A stretch of DNA of 64,000 nucleotides from Lepidodermella squamata (taxonomy: Eukaryota > Animalia > Gastrotricha). Within the stretch, counting starts at the first letter, position 1. Each line of letters starts with the position of its first letter. The stretch spans positions 2,542,001 through 2,606,000 of the forward strand of contig JBLDXI010000007.1 of NCBI GenBank assembly GCA_047495785.1. The letters run 5' to 3'. Under the pieces are notes generated by a model. It was not told the DNA's origin and did not search any database. It worked only from the letters and a program-made list of their open reading frames with translations. A program made the translations under genes and the position numbers. This document shows positions 23,201 through 36,880 of the stretch, one piece after another.

Positions 23201-24254
23201 TATCGTATTCGATGTCTATAATCGTTTATTCGGGGATTTTTTGAACTGCTTTTACGATTTATATCGGTATAGAATTAGGAGTGAAAAAAATTGCAAGGGG
23301 GAAACTTTTGCGCCTAAATGCTCTACTCTGAAAAAATTTGATCTCTTCTTACATAGAAATATAGGATAGAATATATTCAAAAATTGCGGTTTAATACCTC
23401 GAAATGTGCTGTTGCTGGGAACGTGACTTGGAATTCTCGCGATCCCAGTAGACAGCCATGCGCGTATATACAAGGTAAAATAACGTAAAAATTCCCTAGT
23501 TCTGTATACATGAAGCTCAACTGCAGATAAGAGCTTTCAATGGTTGCAGATATTATTTTAGCATTTGTTATTCACGTTATTAATATTTAAGCTAGCAGCA
23601 GAGTGATAACAACACTTTAATTGAACATCTAGCGGTCTACGTACCTATTGGTTGAGCTAAATTTATTAAAATATTGAAAATACCTTATTAAAAATCAGAC
23701 AAAAATGTTGAGGAATTGAGCTTCGAGAGAACAATCATCCGGCTCGAGTTGATATAATAATTTTTAAGAATTAAATACCGGCAAATTATATTTGAATTTC
23801 CATCTCGTAGTAGTTTTTTTCATTTTTTGTCGCGCATTTTCTCGTTGTTGATTTGCACCGATGGTAGAGAAATGTTATAGCCGGCGTAGTAGAGTAATGC
23901 ATAATAATATAATATCTGCCGCTTGTTGTGTCTGGCAGGCTTTATAACATGCCTGCCACGTGACGTTCCAGAATTGCCGGCGCGCTATAAACACGGCCAC
24001 GTGACTCTCTCATGTGCGATTTTTTATCACAAAAAAACAACTGCGCGCTATGCCAAAAAAGCCGCAATAACAAAAAAATATATAGCATTGCGCAGTCGAT
24101 TTTTTCACCTCAAAACTATTTTTTGCTATTCATCAGCTATTTTTAGCTGCAATTTCCGGAGCAAAAATAAAAAACAAACACATTTTTTATTGAATGCGTA
24201 AGTAAATTCGCAAAAAATCCTGTTTAAAAAATAGAATAATTCATGAGCACAAAT

Positions 24255-24289
24255 CATAGAGAATAGAATAGGTAACTCTATTCTCTATG
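24255..24289. mobile_element. 35-bp CATAG...CTATG mini-element, probable excision footprint with 8-bp TSD
   Basis: GCACAAAT (24247-24254) + CATAGAGAATAGA...TCTATTCTCTATG + GCACAAAT (24290-24297). Confidence 0.8.
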
Positions 24290-24348
24290 GCACAAATTTA
24301 AAATAAAAATACTCATTACTCTGGGTAATTCAAAATTTCAAATTTTAT

Positions 24349-24777
24349 TCATAATTTCGGTTCGCATTCACCTGTCACAAATTCGCGTGATTGAAACAGG
24401 TAGTAATAAAATTCGCACGTGTAAGAAATAGCCAAAATCAGCCAAAAAGCCACTGCGAAAACGATCCCGAGCGATGCCAGGCCTATCGTTGACAAGTAGT
24501 ATCGGCGTTGTTGCCTCGCGTCGATTTTAGCCGGATCCTTTAAAGAGTAAATTATCGACGGTACAGCGCAGCAAAATGCGCCTAGAACCGCTGATGTGAT
24601 CGATAGAATTAAGGCGGATTTTCGCAATTTTCGCTGCGTTTCTTCGTCGAGTTCGTCTTCCAATTCCAACTCTTGCCGTTCGGCTATGTCAAGATCTTCG
24701 AGCTTTTTGCCGACTATTGCAACTTGGGAGGATGCATAAGACATTTCATCATCATTCGCTGATTGTTGCAATTCCAT
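24349..24777 (-). CDS. Small membrane protein, dispanin/CD225 (IFITM/PRRT)-like
   Basis: Acidic N-terminus, a hydrophobic segment with a CC pair (AFCCAVPSIIYSLK), a short basic loop and a second TM. The family call is tentative and an upstream exon is possible. Confidence 0.55.
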   Translation of the reverse strand: MELQQSANDDEMSYASSQVAIVGKKLEDLDIAERQELELEDELDEETQRKLRKSALILSITSAVLGAFCCAVPSIIYSLKDPAKIDARQQRRYYLSTIGLASLGIVFAVAFWLILAISYTCEFYYYLFQSREFVTGECEPKL

Positions 24778-25251
24778 GCCACTGAAATTTTCGATTTAAA
24801 TCGAAATATTTCTAAAAAATGCGAGAAAATGTTGAATCCCTAACGCATTGAAACTTTGAATTCTCGAAATTCCCAATAATGACCTTATGGTATGCAAATG
24901 GGAATCCAAAATTTGTCCGAATCTCCAACAGCTTTTAAAGCTGAAAATCAGAAAAAATACAGAAATTTCCCAAAATTCGCGGAAAAATTAGGAATAAAAT
25001 TGCAGAATCCTTCGAGCAGAAACATCACGGTTTAAAGCTTTTTTCTAAGATTCCAGCAAAATGATGACCAAATAAGCTGAGAAATCTAACAATTAAACGT
25101 ATAATACTCAGGAGATTATCCTAATTTTTGAAAACTCGTTCAACTTCAAAATTTGTGTAATTTTATTCAAAAATTCAACGAAGCGTGGAAGCTATTTACA
25201 AACAAAAAGAGCATGTCGATGTTGTTTATTTTCATCCCAAAATTCGCATTT

Positions 25252-26198
25252 TTATTTTCGCTGGAAAACATTCCGCATATTATCAATTTTGACCCTCTGA
25301 ATTTGCTCGTCCAAGGTTAGCTGCTTTGAATGGCCAGTTGCACTAGGCCGAGATTCAGCCGCCTGTTTCTGCTCCGCCTCTTCCTCGCTCAGTTTAACCG
25401 CCCGCTCGTGGATGAGGCGACACGCGGTGAACACCTGTTGGCTCTCAGCCAAGTTCAACGCCCGGTCATGGACGGCTAAACACGCCATAGCGCTGTCATT
25501 TTGAAAATTCGTATGACCATCGTAGCAACTGAAACCAGCCAACAAGCCGCTTTCAAACCGCTGAGTTTGCGCGATTTGAGGCTCGTAAGGACTGTAAGCC
25601 AGCATTGAGTCTCGCCCGAGAACGACCAATTGATTGGTAATCGCATCGTAGGTCACGGTCAAAAAATTCCACGTGTGCTTCTTGATAACTGCGAATTTCG
25701 CTATTAATTGAGCTGGATAGCTAGATTTTGATAGAATTAAGGAGGCTGGCTCTACGGCTGAATAATGAAAGCTGAGTCCGTTGCACGTAGTAGCCGTAGT
25801 AAGTAGTCCCGAGTCTTTTTCGCCGGCGTAGAGGGCGAATGAGACTGAAAATGAGGGTGAAGGGGCGCGGAATCGGCTTTCGAACAAGTAACCCTGGCCT
25901 CGAGTTGTGTTGACAGTCAGCGAGGTTTCGTTAAATGAAAATGGCCCCGGGAAGGCTGAATTGATGGCGCCGCGGTGGCGAGAGGCCGGGCGGTGAAGAC
26001 CGCCTAGATCGGCTAGTCCTGTTCGGGAGTCAAGCGGCCAGAAAGCTACGATGCTTGCCGGGTCTGGCATGTAGACAGCCGATGCAGTAATACATGCTTG
26101 AAAAAATATTATAATGAAAATTGAAAAAATAGTTCATAATTATTTAATTTACCGGCTTGAATGACTAGCGAGGCAAAAAATTCCGGTAGAACTCGCAT
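25252..26198 (-). CDS. Secreted concanavalin-A-like/LamG-like domain protein; exons 26198-26153 and 26096-25252
   Basis: Motifs VAFWPLD, SFSVS, WNFLTVTYD and MACLAVHDRALN. A 56-nt GT-AG intron joins an upstream ATG and gives the signal-peptide-like MRVLPEFFASLVIQAACITASA. Confidence 0.75.
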
Positions 26199-26662
26199 TT
26201 TTTCAGCTGAAAAATCTCAGTAAAAAACTACAATACATTTGGTTAAGAACAATTATTATATTATTGAAGGCTTATCATTCCGGTCTTATCAGCAACCTCT
26301 CTCCTGCTGTTATTGATGATTCACCCCATAACTGAGGCGAAAATATTTTCCGCGCTGAGTCTCGCCTTGTCTGCAATATATTTTTTCTTTTATCTGTAAA
26401 CACCTTGTGGTCATTTTTTACGAAGATTGATGGGTTTCGGGTACTTCACAGCTGAGCTCAGTGGCCTTGTTTACTGTTTACGACACGCATGATTGATTAT
26501 ATAAATGGAGCGCGGAAAAAATACCGCAGCGGAAGTTTTACCGTGATAATTCATACCGAAACGGAAGCTCGCTACCATTTCAATTAGGAAATGTAGAAAA
26601 GGCAGAGAAGTCTTCAGTTTTATTTGAAAATTTAAAAAAATTATGAAAATATGCAAAAAACT

Positions 26663-26985
26663 AATACCGCCATTTGAGGCCATTTGATGATAATTTCAGG
26701 CTATTCGGTGAAAAATATTTTCTTGGGCAAAATAAAAATAAATTATTTCAATGACCCCTGAACCCCGCTGTATCGTGGGACTTGCATAAAAATTAACAAA
26801 TTTGCATAAAAGTGCGCAGAAAATATTTTGTGGCCCGCACTCGAACCCTCGCCTCGCACATTATTGGTATCATAAAACGGCATAGCGAACCCTTAAATTA
26901 TAGCCCCACACCTGAGAGCCATTCGCCTCAGGGAAATAACCATTATTTTTTTACCTTTTGCCAAATAGCCTCAAATGACGGTATT
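26663..26985. repeat. 24-bp imperfect inverted repeat pair, possible old TA-target MITE
   Basis: aataccgccatttgaggccatttg versus caaatagcctcaaatgacggtatt (2 mismatches). Confidence 0.5.
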
Positions 26986-26996
26986 TTATATTATGC

Positions 26997-29900
26997 TCAT
27001 AGATGAGCGCAAATCGAGCATCCCGTACAATTTTCGTTGTGATGAATAGATATCACATTTTCATAACAAATATTTTCCTTATTCTCATCATCATCGTTAT
27101 CATCTTCACGTCGGAAAATCGTAGCCACAGCTCTAGGCGATTGCGATAGATCCCGTGTTTTTTGATCGCTTTCGATGCTGAAATGGCGAATTCCTCGCAT
27201 TCGAACTGAATCATCTGAGCTGGGCTGGAAAACAGTGAATGATAACACGTCTTCCTCGGAATAAACTCCAACGCTGGAAGATAAGGAAGAAGCGCTATGA
27301 GGCCGTTTTCTCCTTAAAACCGCCTTGATAGAACTGGGCGTTTGCTCCTCTGCCAGGCCGTAATTCGCTCGATCCGGAGGAGGAATGCCGGCATTTGATG
27401 GCCCGAAAAGTGACAAGAAAGCTGGGACGAAAATTAGGGCGTGTAATATCGATAGGAAAACCGATAGAAACATCATCCGGAAAAACGTTGAGAAAATATA
27501 AGCATCACTCGTGCTCATAGCGATGACGGAAAGAGTCGTTCCTATACAGGCTGGAATGGCGGCTAGAGCGACTTCTTCGATCAAAGCCCTGGTTTTCACC
27601 AGCCGAGCTTGCGGCGGGCTCAGATCGGCGTGATTCGGCACTTCACTGACGAGAAAGACGTAAATAGGATGGGCGATTAAATCCGAACAAAAGCTGATAG
27701 CGATGAGGAGATTGATCAGAGTTATTGAGTCGAGATCCATGTCCCATAGTTGCATCATACCGACGATACCCAGCAGGACTGATGTCACGAAAACAGTTAC
27801 CCAGAATAGGCAAGCGGGATGAGGAATGAAGAAAATCGCAACTGCGACTGTCGCACCTAAAAAAAGACGAAAAATACCCTTATTACTTGACAACTCATCA
27901 AAAAGTGCGCGCTATCAAATAAAAACGGGTAATTATGTCGAAATGCGCCCAAAAATTCAAAAATGATTGAAAAATGAAATAAAAATGACTCATGATGAGC
28001 AATTTGAGTAAAAGCGTGACCTAGAAACGTTTGAACTATAATTACCCATTATTGCTTGACAATTTTGCAAATGCGCGCGTATTAAAATATGTAATAAATG
28101 TCGCGCACAATCAAATGAAAAGGGGCAATTTACCCAGCGTCATTCCGCAGTAATACAGCGTTGTTGGAACAGCAGTTAGGTAGTTATCATAGAGCAGAAA
28201 ATTGTCGCCATACGCGTAAATATCAAGTTCAGGTCTGTAAGATTCGATGACCTTACGAAGTGACGTCATCATTCCGATTTGCCGATCAGCAGACGTTAAT
28301 TCCCTGGCCCGAAATTTGAATCGAACTTTGACTATTTTTGTCGCATTTGGGTTGATCCTTATATCGCCGCCGTGGCTGCGGTATGATTTCATTGTTTTCA
28401 AATCATAACTATCAAGAAATCCGCCGGGATATTGACGAATTTCGTAGATAAGACTCTCGCTTGAATTTACGTTCACTCCAGTAAAATTCAGCCATTTTTC
28501 GAAATCTGTCAGCCAGCATTTGGTTTGTTTCGGCCAGAAATACCCAGTTCGATGGATTTTATCCACAAAATCAAGAACTCGTGATCGAATTTTTGGTCGG
28601 CTGTAATCCAGCTCGTTATTGATAACCACCTTAACCTCATCAGCGTAATCCGAAAACAACAGCCGTTGTTGTTTCGTGTAGTCGAACATGTTCGAACTTG
28701 ATCGATAGACTCGTTCTGGCTTCAAGCCAATTTCCAGTTGAGTCACAGACCAAGCACATAGAGCTACGTAGCCGAAGAACAGGGCGATTGAAACACCTCG
28801 AACTGGAGCTTTTATCATAAAATCGACGACTTTTGTAACTAAAGGACTTCTTCCACTTGATTTTTTAGGAAAATTTGAGCACAAAATTCCGCCCTGGTTT
28901 TTCGGGACTTTGAAGCAACAACAACAGGAATGAAGCTGATTTTGTTCCATGTAGCCGCAAATTGCGAGAAAAGGCGCGAAAATCGTCATTTGTCCCACAA
29001 AATCGAAGACCATAGCCGCGATCGCGTAAATCGATAATTTGTTAATCAAAGGAAACGGCGTGTAATTCCCCACCACAAAATCGATTAAATTGATCAAAAA
29101 CGTGATAAAAATCGTCGTGCCGCCTATATGCATTGAAACCATCATCCGTTCCTCTACTGGAAGGTTAGGATCAGTTCTAGACCAGGCTTCTAACGCGATG
29201 AACATATCGTCTAGGCCGATGGCTAGGACTAAAAGTGGGACAGCCATTAGAATCGGGTTGAAATCAGGCTCGACCCATAAACAAAGACCGAAACCGGTCG
29301 AACAGGCGAAAAGCGTGGCCAGGACCCCAACCACCCCAGCCCAGGGTTTCGAGGTAACTGAATCCCTACCCAAAGCTCCAACACAGCACCATAGCATTAG
29401 GGCGATGAAGGTTAGGCCAATTTTAGGCACCATCACCAAAATCAACGACTCTTGCTCACCGGACCGTTGCGTCTCAGTCATCCACGTGTAGCCGAAATAG
29501 GGTGACTCAAACTTGTTGCTGCGTAAAAACCTGTCCAGGGCATCTTCCCATTTCAGCCAAATTGAATTCAAGAGTTTAACCTTATCGAATGGCATCGTGT
29601 TCATGCAATAAACTAGCCGGACAGCTTCGAAAGATTTGACCTGGTCAGAATCGCGGCTGATTGTCTCAACCTTTGACACGTATTTACTGAAGTCATTATG
29701 TAGGAATTGAGGGTATGTAAGGCCAACGCCGGGTATTTGGCTGAATAGCAGATTTAGCGGATCGGTTTCAGTTTCATCCGAGTCGAAATCTGATCCTAAC
29801 AACTGCCGGACGACTCTCAGCGAGAATCCGGCACATTCGCCAGTGCCTTGTCTCGTGCATAGACTATCGTCGATATCAGGATAGTCATAACTAGATTCGT

Positions 29901-30872
29901 ACCGGTAATTAACCATTTTCCCATTTGCCATCACAGGAACGGAGATGTTTCGAATCATTCGTTCGAATCGGTCAATTTCAGCGAAGGCTTGCTTTGAGAA
30001 TAAATTGTAATTTCGACCGCTGGATTCGTTGTGTTTCGCGATTAGAATGATGGAACTTGGCCGACAAGCTTGGGCGTAGGCATCGGGTACAATGAATCGA
30101 TCGCTTATGTCCCGTTTCTTACGACTCACTTCGTAGTCCGAATAATAATCGGATTCGTTCAAATGGTGTTCCAAATTTTCTGAAAAATATTTGAAACATC
30201 AAATTTGGAAAATATAAATTTTGTGGAAAAATTTAAACAAATTTGAATTTTTTATTTTTTTCCAAATTGTCTGAAAAATTGAAATTATTTGAAAAAATCA
30301 CATTTGAAATTTGAAATTTTAATTTTGTGAAAGAATTAAAAAAATTGAATTTCAATAAAATCGAGAACATTTTTATTATTTTAATTTGTGGTACCTGATG
30401 TGATATTTTGAGTCGAATTCGGGGCGTTCATTTGTGGCTCTGGGGTCGAAAAAGGATCCTGCGGCCATTCCCGATTGAAATCGATGAAATCAAGCGATTC
30501 AGTAGTAGTCATACGATTTCGACTCGGGCTGTTGTACAAAATAGTCGGGAAACGACTCGGCCTCTCCGGCTCGTCTACGTCGAACAAAATCGTGACCTTC
30601 CTTTCGTTAATCGACGGGCTATCAGTCGGTAAATAGTCTTCATTTGTCACCTGCTGCAGTTTGACTCGATAAATTCCGGCTGAAAATACAAGCCCGATGC
30701 CGATTGATGCGCATAAGATTTGGGCCGGGAATTTTCCGACGAATATGCCGTACCATGCTGTGACATAGGCGAGTAAATTAGGCAGGATCATCCAGGTGAG
30801 CTTGGGGAAAACTGGCCGCAGTTTTTTCCTACGACTCGGATCATCGCTTCTCCGCTTACAACACGATATCAT
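26997..30872 (-). CDS. Patched-related (PTR/PTCHD) SSD-RND protein A; exons 30872-30395, 30179-28134, 27856-26997
   Basis: Sterol-sensing domain with AIGLDDMFI, two large extracellular loops and a second TM block (DLDSITLINLLIAISFCSD, ILHALIFVPAFL). GT-AG junctions keep frame. Confidence 0.9.
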
Positions 30873-31508
30873 TTTAACCGTTTAATTTCAGCCTCCATTT
30901 TTCGCTTGATGGGGTCAAGAATCGAACTACAGAGAAAGTATAAAATTTAATGAATTTTCTAGAAAATTAGGATGAACTTTAAATTGCATTAATTTTAGAA
31001 GAAAATGATTTGTCGATGATTTCATTTAGGAAAAATATTTATGTCATTCTGAACGTGAGATTATTCTAAAGCAGAATTTGCTCAAGCATAGCAATATTAA
31101 TGCTATTATTTAGCGTAATAATACTGCTATGCAGGGGCACGTGTGTGCAATTGCCGGCCTCGTGCACATTTTTATTGATTTTTTTACGCGCACACACACT
31201 GCGTACCGGGTCGTATAAAGAAAAAGAGGCGTGTCACCAGGTGATATATACCTAATAATCACAATAACCCGTGTCAAATAAATGGCCGCCAAAACACACA
31301 CATCACTGCGAGTCATAGCGACTGGCCTTGCTTGCACTGCTGCTTAATCCATATTATATATAAAAAAAGCGGCACGAGAGACAAACACGCGTGGGTGCTT
31401 AGATAAATAACAACATTTTTATTATAATAAAGGAGTAAAAAAGCCATCATTAGCTGAGTGCGCACGCGAACGTGCCATTAATTCATTGCGAAAAAATTAA
31501 AAAACATT

Positions 31509-34500
31509 TTACGCCGTAATTTCAGATTTTTTGAAAGACTTTTTCGAAGATTTAGTCCCACTTTCGGATATTTGCTCCATATTACTATTTCCAGCCGCGA
31601 CTTGAAGCTTTGAATTTGACGGTCCAATGAAGCTGAGAAATGCTGGTATGAAGATCATGGCGTGAAGTATTGACAAAGCAACGGATAGGAACATGACTCG
31701 GAAAAATGTGATGAAAATGTAGGCGTCGCTGTTACTCATCGCCAAAACTGATAGAGTAGTCCCAATACAAGCTGGGAGCGCGGCGCCTAATACTTCGGCA
31801 ATTACAGCTCTCGCCTTGTCGATGCGAGCTTTTTGCCCAGTTTCCAGACTTGGGCTGATCATGAATATGTAGATTGGATGGGCGATGAGGTCAGAGCAAA
31901 AGCTGATAGCGATGAGGAGGTTGATTAGGGAGATGGAGTCGAGGTCAATGTCCCACCTTCGCATCATTCCGACGATTCCGGCTAGGACGCTGGTGACAAA
32001 GACGGCGACCCAAAATAAACAGGCTGGGTGCGGAATCATGAATAGAGACACACCAATTGTAACACCTTGGATGAAAAAAAAATCAACAGTTTCAACTTAT
32101 CGCAGGTTAAAAAACTGTGAAAAGTATTTGAAATTTGACATTTTGAAATTAAAAAATTTCAAATTTTAATTAAAATTTCAAAAATTAAAAAATATGAATT
32201 AATACCTAAGGTCATGCCGCAATAGTAGAGTGTAGTTGGCACAGCCGTCAAAAATTGGTCGTAAAGCTGAAATTCGTTCATAAAGGGTGAAAATTGAAGC
32301 TCCGGCGAGTACATCGACAGAATCTCCCTCACTTTCACCATCATGCCAACCTGTCTCGTAGGATCCGTGAGGTTCTTCGCTCGGAAACTGAATCTCGACT
32401 TTGTTATCGTTGTTCCAGCGAAATTCATTCGAATATCGTTTTGATACTCGCCGAGATAGCGACGAGTCGAAGAGCTGTAACTATCGAAAAATCCACCGTG
32501 ATCTCTACGCATGAAGCTGAGAATGTCCCGATTGGAAGTAATTTCATCCATACTTCGGCCCCTCTCGGTCAGCCAAATTTCGAAATCTCTCAGCCAGTTT
32601 TTCGTTTCTTTAACATCGCCCCAAAAATAGCCGCTATTCTCAATCTTGTAGGTAATATCTTGAATTTTATCTCTAATCCTGTGATCGCCGTAATTGACCT
32701 CGTTAACCAGGGTGACTACAACCTCAGAGCCGTAACCTGAGAAAGATTTCCGGGAAATGAACGTGTATCGATTGAGGGGCGAACTTGTTCGATAAACTCT
32801 TTCTGGCTTCAGGCCAACTTCAATCTGGGTAACTGACCAAATCGAAACGCCCAGGTAAGCGCAAAATAGGACTAGGGCTGATATTCGAAATGGCAAGGTT
32901 GTGAAAAGCTTCGAAATCCTATCTTTGATAGATTCCTTTCCTAATTCTGAAGCAGATTTTCTAACCGTTGAGCAACAGATGAGGTAGAGGATAGACCTTT
33001 TCCTTAATAGTTTAGGATTTCGCCTCGGGACATTGATACAACAACAACAAGAATGCGCCCTTTTGCTTTCCTTACCTCCAAATAGGACTAAACAAGGGGC
33101 GAATACCATCATTTGAAAGAAAAAGTCTAAAACCATTGTAGCAATCGCGTATTCAGATAAGGACTGAATTATAGGAAATGGGGTCAGATTTCCTATAACA
33201 AAATCCAACAAATTGATTAGGAATGTTATGACAATCGAAGTCCCGCCAACTTTCATAGTCATCATCATCCTAACTTCAACCGGCAGGTCAGGACTAGTAT
33301 TGGACCAAGCTTCTAATAGGATGAACATATCATCTAACCCAATGGCTAGGGTGAGTAAAGGAACTGCGAGTAAAATAGGAGGGAGTATAGGATCTTTCCA
33401 TAGCTGGATTCCGAACCCAGCGCAACAAGCTAGGGTTGTGGAAAGGACCCCGACAAAACCGACCCAGGGTTTCGACCTAACAGCATCATTCATCAAAGCC
33501 CCGACAGTGCACCACAGCATTAAAGCGGCGAAAGTTGCGACTAATTTCGGCAACATATCTTCAACTAACGCATCCTGTTCCGTCCTTTTCAATTCGTCGG
33601 TCGATAGGAAAACGTTGAAATAATTGTTTTTATATTTCGATAGCTTTTGGGCTAGTTTCCGCTCCCAAATTTCCCATGGCCTTATTTGCATTAGGATGGA
33701 TTGTCCTAATTCGGCGTGGTAATACATGTTTAGGACAAAAATTAGCCGAATCGCCCCGATTTTCGTGACAAACCCCTGGCTATCGGTCTCAACATCGCCG
33801 AAAACTTGGGTAACATCCTCGCCATTATGATAAGGCCATTGAAGTCCCAAACTTGGCGCTTTGATGAAAAGAACCGACAAAGGATCTTCCTTATCGGGTA
33901 AAATATCGAGAATAGCCTGGCGAAATTTGTGAAAATTCATCCCGGCACATCGACCTACAGGATCTTTAAGGCAAAGGCTTAATTTCCGAGGATTCTCAGG
34001 CTCGATGTACCTAATAGGATCCGGCCATTTCGGTCTAAGGTCCAGGTTCAAATTAAAGACAATTTCCTCTTCGAACTTCAAAATTTCGGAGAACATTTCC
34101 TTAGTGAAAAGGTTCCCCTTTTTCGCTACGACCATAATACTAAGTTCCCTAGGAATTTGGGGTAAATTCCATGGTGCGGGTTTTTGAGGTTTAACCTGGC
34201 TATTTAGGTCTGGGCTGTAGGACTGGTTGAAATATTCGAAGGACGTATTAGCTGGTATCAATCCTTGCTCGATTTCTCGTTGAATCGCTTGCCATTTCAG
34301 TTCCATAGCCGTTAGATCCCGTTTGGACCTTCGCGGTAGGTTCGAAACATTCCTCACCGTATCGACATACATGTCCTTTCGACTCATATAAAAATCTCGA
34401 AATTGCTCCCTGGATTTTACCGTCGGGCTGTCTGTTGGTAAAAAGTCCTCAGTTTGCATTTGAACAACCTTGATCCGCGAAAGTCCTGACGCGAAAACCA

Positions 34501-34672
34501 GCCCCATTCCAAGGATGATACTCATAGCTTGAAGCGGATATTTGCCGATGAATAGGCCGTACCATGACATTAGATAGGCGAGTAGATTCGGGCAAATCAT
34601 CCAATCAAAGCGGGGAAATACCGGCTTTTGAATTTTGTCACTACTACTCATCATTATTAGCGAAAAACACAT
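31509..34672 (-). CDS. Patched-related protein B; exons 34672-32206 and 32065-31509
   Basis: Same motifs as PTR-A with a short C-terminal tail; a phase-1 intron keeps frame. Confidence 0.9.
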
Positions 34673-34822
34673 TAAAAATTAGTCGAGTAACGTAGGAATA
34701 ACAACGTGTTTACGTTAATATATATATACGAGCATGCCTTTATTCATCATATTGTGTTGAAAAAAATTATAATACCACAAAAATTAATATGAGTCAAATA
34801 TAAAAAATTGCAATAATTTTTT

Positions 34823-35473
34823 TCACAGATTAAAATGCGGCTTAGCCGGTAACATTGTTATACCAGTTCTTGGGCCGAGTAATAGCACGATTTCGACATT
34901 ATCAAGCGGATTTGGATGATAAATTTGTTGCACATAGCCTGAGTCATTTGTCCAAGTCGCTGAATTCATCTCGATTTTCGGCTCTTCTTTAATAGAAGGG
35001 AAAATTCTAGCGGTATTCTGCTGTTTTGTCGCCGGCTTTTCCTGCCTCCGAGGTTCCCTTCGCCGAGGTTCAGATGTGGTTTTCTGGGCAGTCTGAGGGT
35101 AGTTTTGATAGTCGTGTCTTGACGAGTAGGATGAAGACAAGTAGGACGGGCTGACTGATCTTGACCGAAGTGAATGGGGAGGATTTGCGTAGGAAAACAT
35201 GGTTGAAGGCGCCTGTTTTCGAGGCGAAATTGCGTCGAATTTGAAAATACTCGAGGCTGAGTCGAATAATTTCGGTCGCGTTTTTATCCGATCAGCGTCC
35301 AATTTTTCGTAATTATTCACCGAAAACGAGACAGTCGACGCTGCGGATGTGTTGCGCGACGTTTTTTTATTGCCTAAATTGTTATAGGCGTAAGACGGGT
35401 TGCGCAACCGGTCGTTGTAGTAACCGCTGTTATTTGGTGACAAAAGTGACAGGTGGGTCGAAGTCGCCTGCAT
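34823..35473 (-). CDS. Ser/Arg/Pro-rich low-complexity protein (216 aa) sharing its C-terminal motif with PTR-C and PTR-D
   Basis: ATG-initiated open frame ending PRTGITMLPAKPHFNL, compared with PRMSGAQMLPARPKFNI and PRIGELMLPARQRFNV. Confidence 0.6.
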   Translation of the reverse strand: MQATSTHLSLLSPNNSGYYNDRLRNPSYAYNNLGNKKTSRNTSAASTVSFSVNNYEKLDADRIKTRPKLFDSASSIFKFDAISPRKQAPSTMFSYANPPHSLRSRSVSPSYLSSSYSSRHDYQNYPQTAQKTTSEPRRREPRRQEKPATKQQNTARIFPSIKEEPKIEMNSATWTNDSGYVQQIYHPNPLDNVEIVLLLGPRTGITMLPAKPHFNL

Positions 35474-36421
35474 AGTAATTATTATGTGCAGGTATGCGAA
35501 TAATAAACAGTGTATATGTATGTGTTGTAAGCTGAGCGACTTTTTATTAACAGGTGTTTCAAAACAGTAGCAGTGATGCCTGATGTGTAAAGCCGTGACA
35601 TATAAACGTACTCAATAGTGTTACACATTACATACGGCGGCATTTAACCCTTTGCACGCGGCTGCACTTTTTTTTTGCTTTCAACTTTTTCTTTTGGCTG
35701 GATGGCGCGACTGATACAAAGGATCTTCAATGTACTGAGATGTTGATTCCACTTTAAACTTGAATTTTTAGCAAAAATTGCTCAATTGAAGCCAAAATTG
35801 AAGAATATTTATTGGAAAATGCTGAAAGCTGATTGCTGACTACGGCAATTTATCCGGGATATTTTCTTTCAAATATTCGTTCATTCAGAGAAAATAATTG
35901 GTTTGAGTAGCGCGTGGGTCTGAGTGGGTGGCGTGGGTCAAATGGAAGCCAAGTTTTTGCCCCTGTCTGAGGACGGCACAAGACAGCACAGTAAAACCTT
36001 GCCAAATAAAAAATATGAATTTTTTGCATTTAATTGAAGATGAAGCCAAACTCGAGAGAATATATCAGAATATTTCAGAATTTTCCATTAAATCTCGGTA
36101 ATACTTTTTGCCGGATATTCTTAGGTTCTACGACATTTGCGACAATTGCAAGGTGTTCAGACATACAACGACACAAGAGCAACGACGTTAAAGCAAAAAA
36201 TAAAAGAGAACATGTAATCAGGGTTGTTTTAAACAAACGACTCGTTGTTACAAACGATTTTTTGATAGTTTTTGATAGTTGATAGTAAAATGAAAATTTT
36301 AGTGCTGCATTAGTGTTGGTGAAAATGAAATATAATTTAAACAAATAATACGAGAAAATCGAGGACATTTTGAGGATATTCCGCTAGAAAAGGCTCCGAA
36401 ACTTCTAAAAATGAGTATATA

Positions 36422-36880
36422 TACAGTGCACCTTTTTATAACGAACCGGTCTTATAGCGAACTTCGACTATAGTGGCACGAGCCAAACTACGCACTTTTA
36501 CAAGTTGCCAACCTCGTTTTTAACGAACTTTTTATAGCGAACTTTGGGCTATAACGAACGATTCTGGGTGGCTCGGCGGCAGCTTGAAGCGTGATATTTA
36601 CATTGTTTTATAGCGAACTTGGGTCTCGCGCGCGCTCATTCTCGCAAATTTCATGTATTTCATCAATTTTGGGGATTCAATTATATGATCCATTACGACT
36701 TAATCACGCTCGACGAGCACTTGTGTCAGCATTTATACTCTACTTCTGACCCTTCTTAAGCCAAATCATCCTGAAAATTGGGGTCTACCAATTTTTTTTA
36801 AATTTCTCTACTTCGTTTGTAACGAACTTTGCTTATAGCGAACTTTTTTAAGTGGCACCGTAGTGGTTCGTTATTAGTAG
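36422..36880. mobile_element. Degenerate pogo/Tigger-like non-autonomous element
   Basis: Starts TA-CAGTG; many direct copies of tata(a/g)cgaac(t) near both ends; the right end has gttcgttat but is degraded. Confidence 0.55.

Noticed and set aside
26097-26137. Apparent homopolymer frameshift in the LamG-like gene signal peptide
   Set aside because: It is resolved by a canonical 56-nt intron and an upstream ATG at 26198.
26830-26860. tRNA T-loop-like sequence (reverse of gggttcgagtgc)
   Set aside because: No cloverleaf or A box could be built around it.
36430-36870. Repeated tatagcgaac units resembling a CRISPR-like array
   Set aside because: Spacing is irregular and the context is eukaryotic; they are better explained as subterminal repeats of a pogo-like element.
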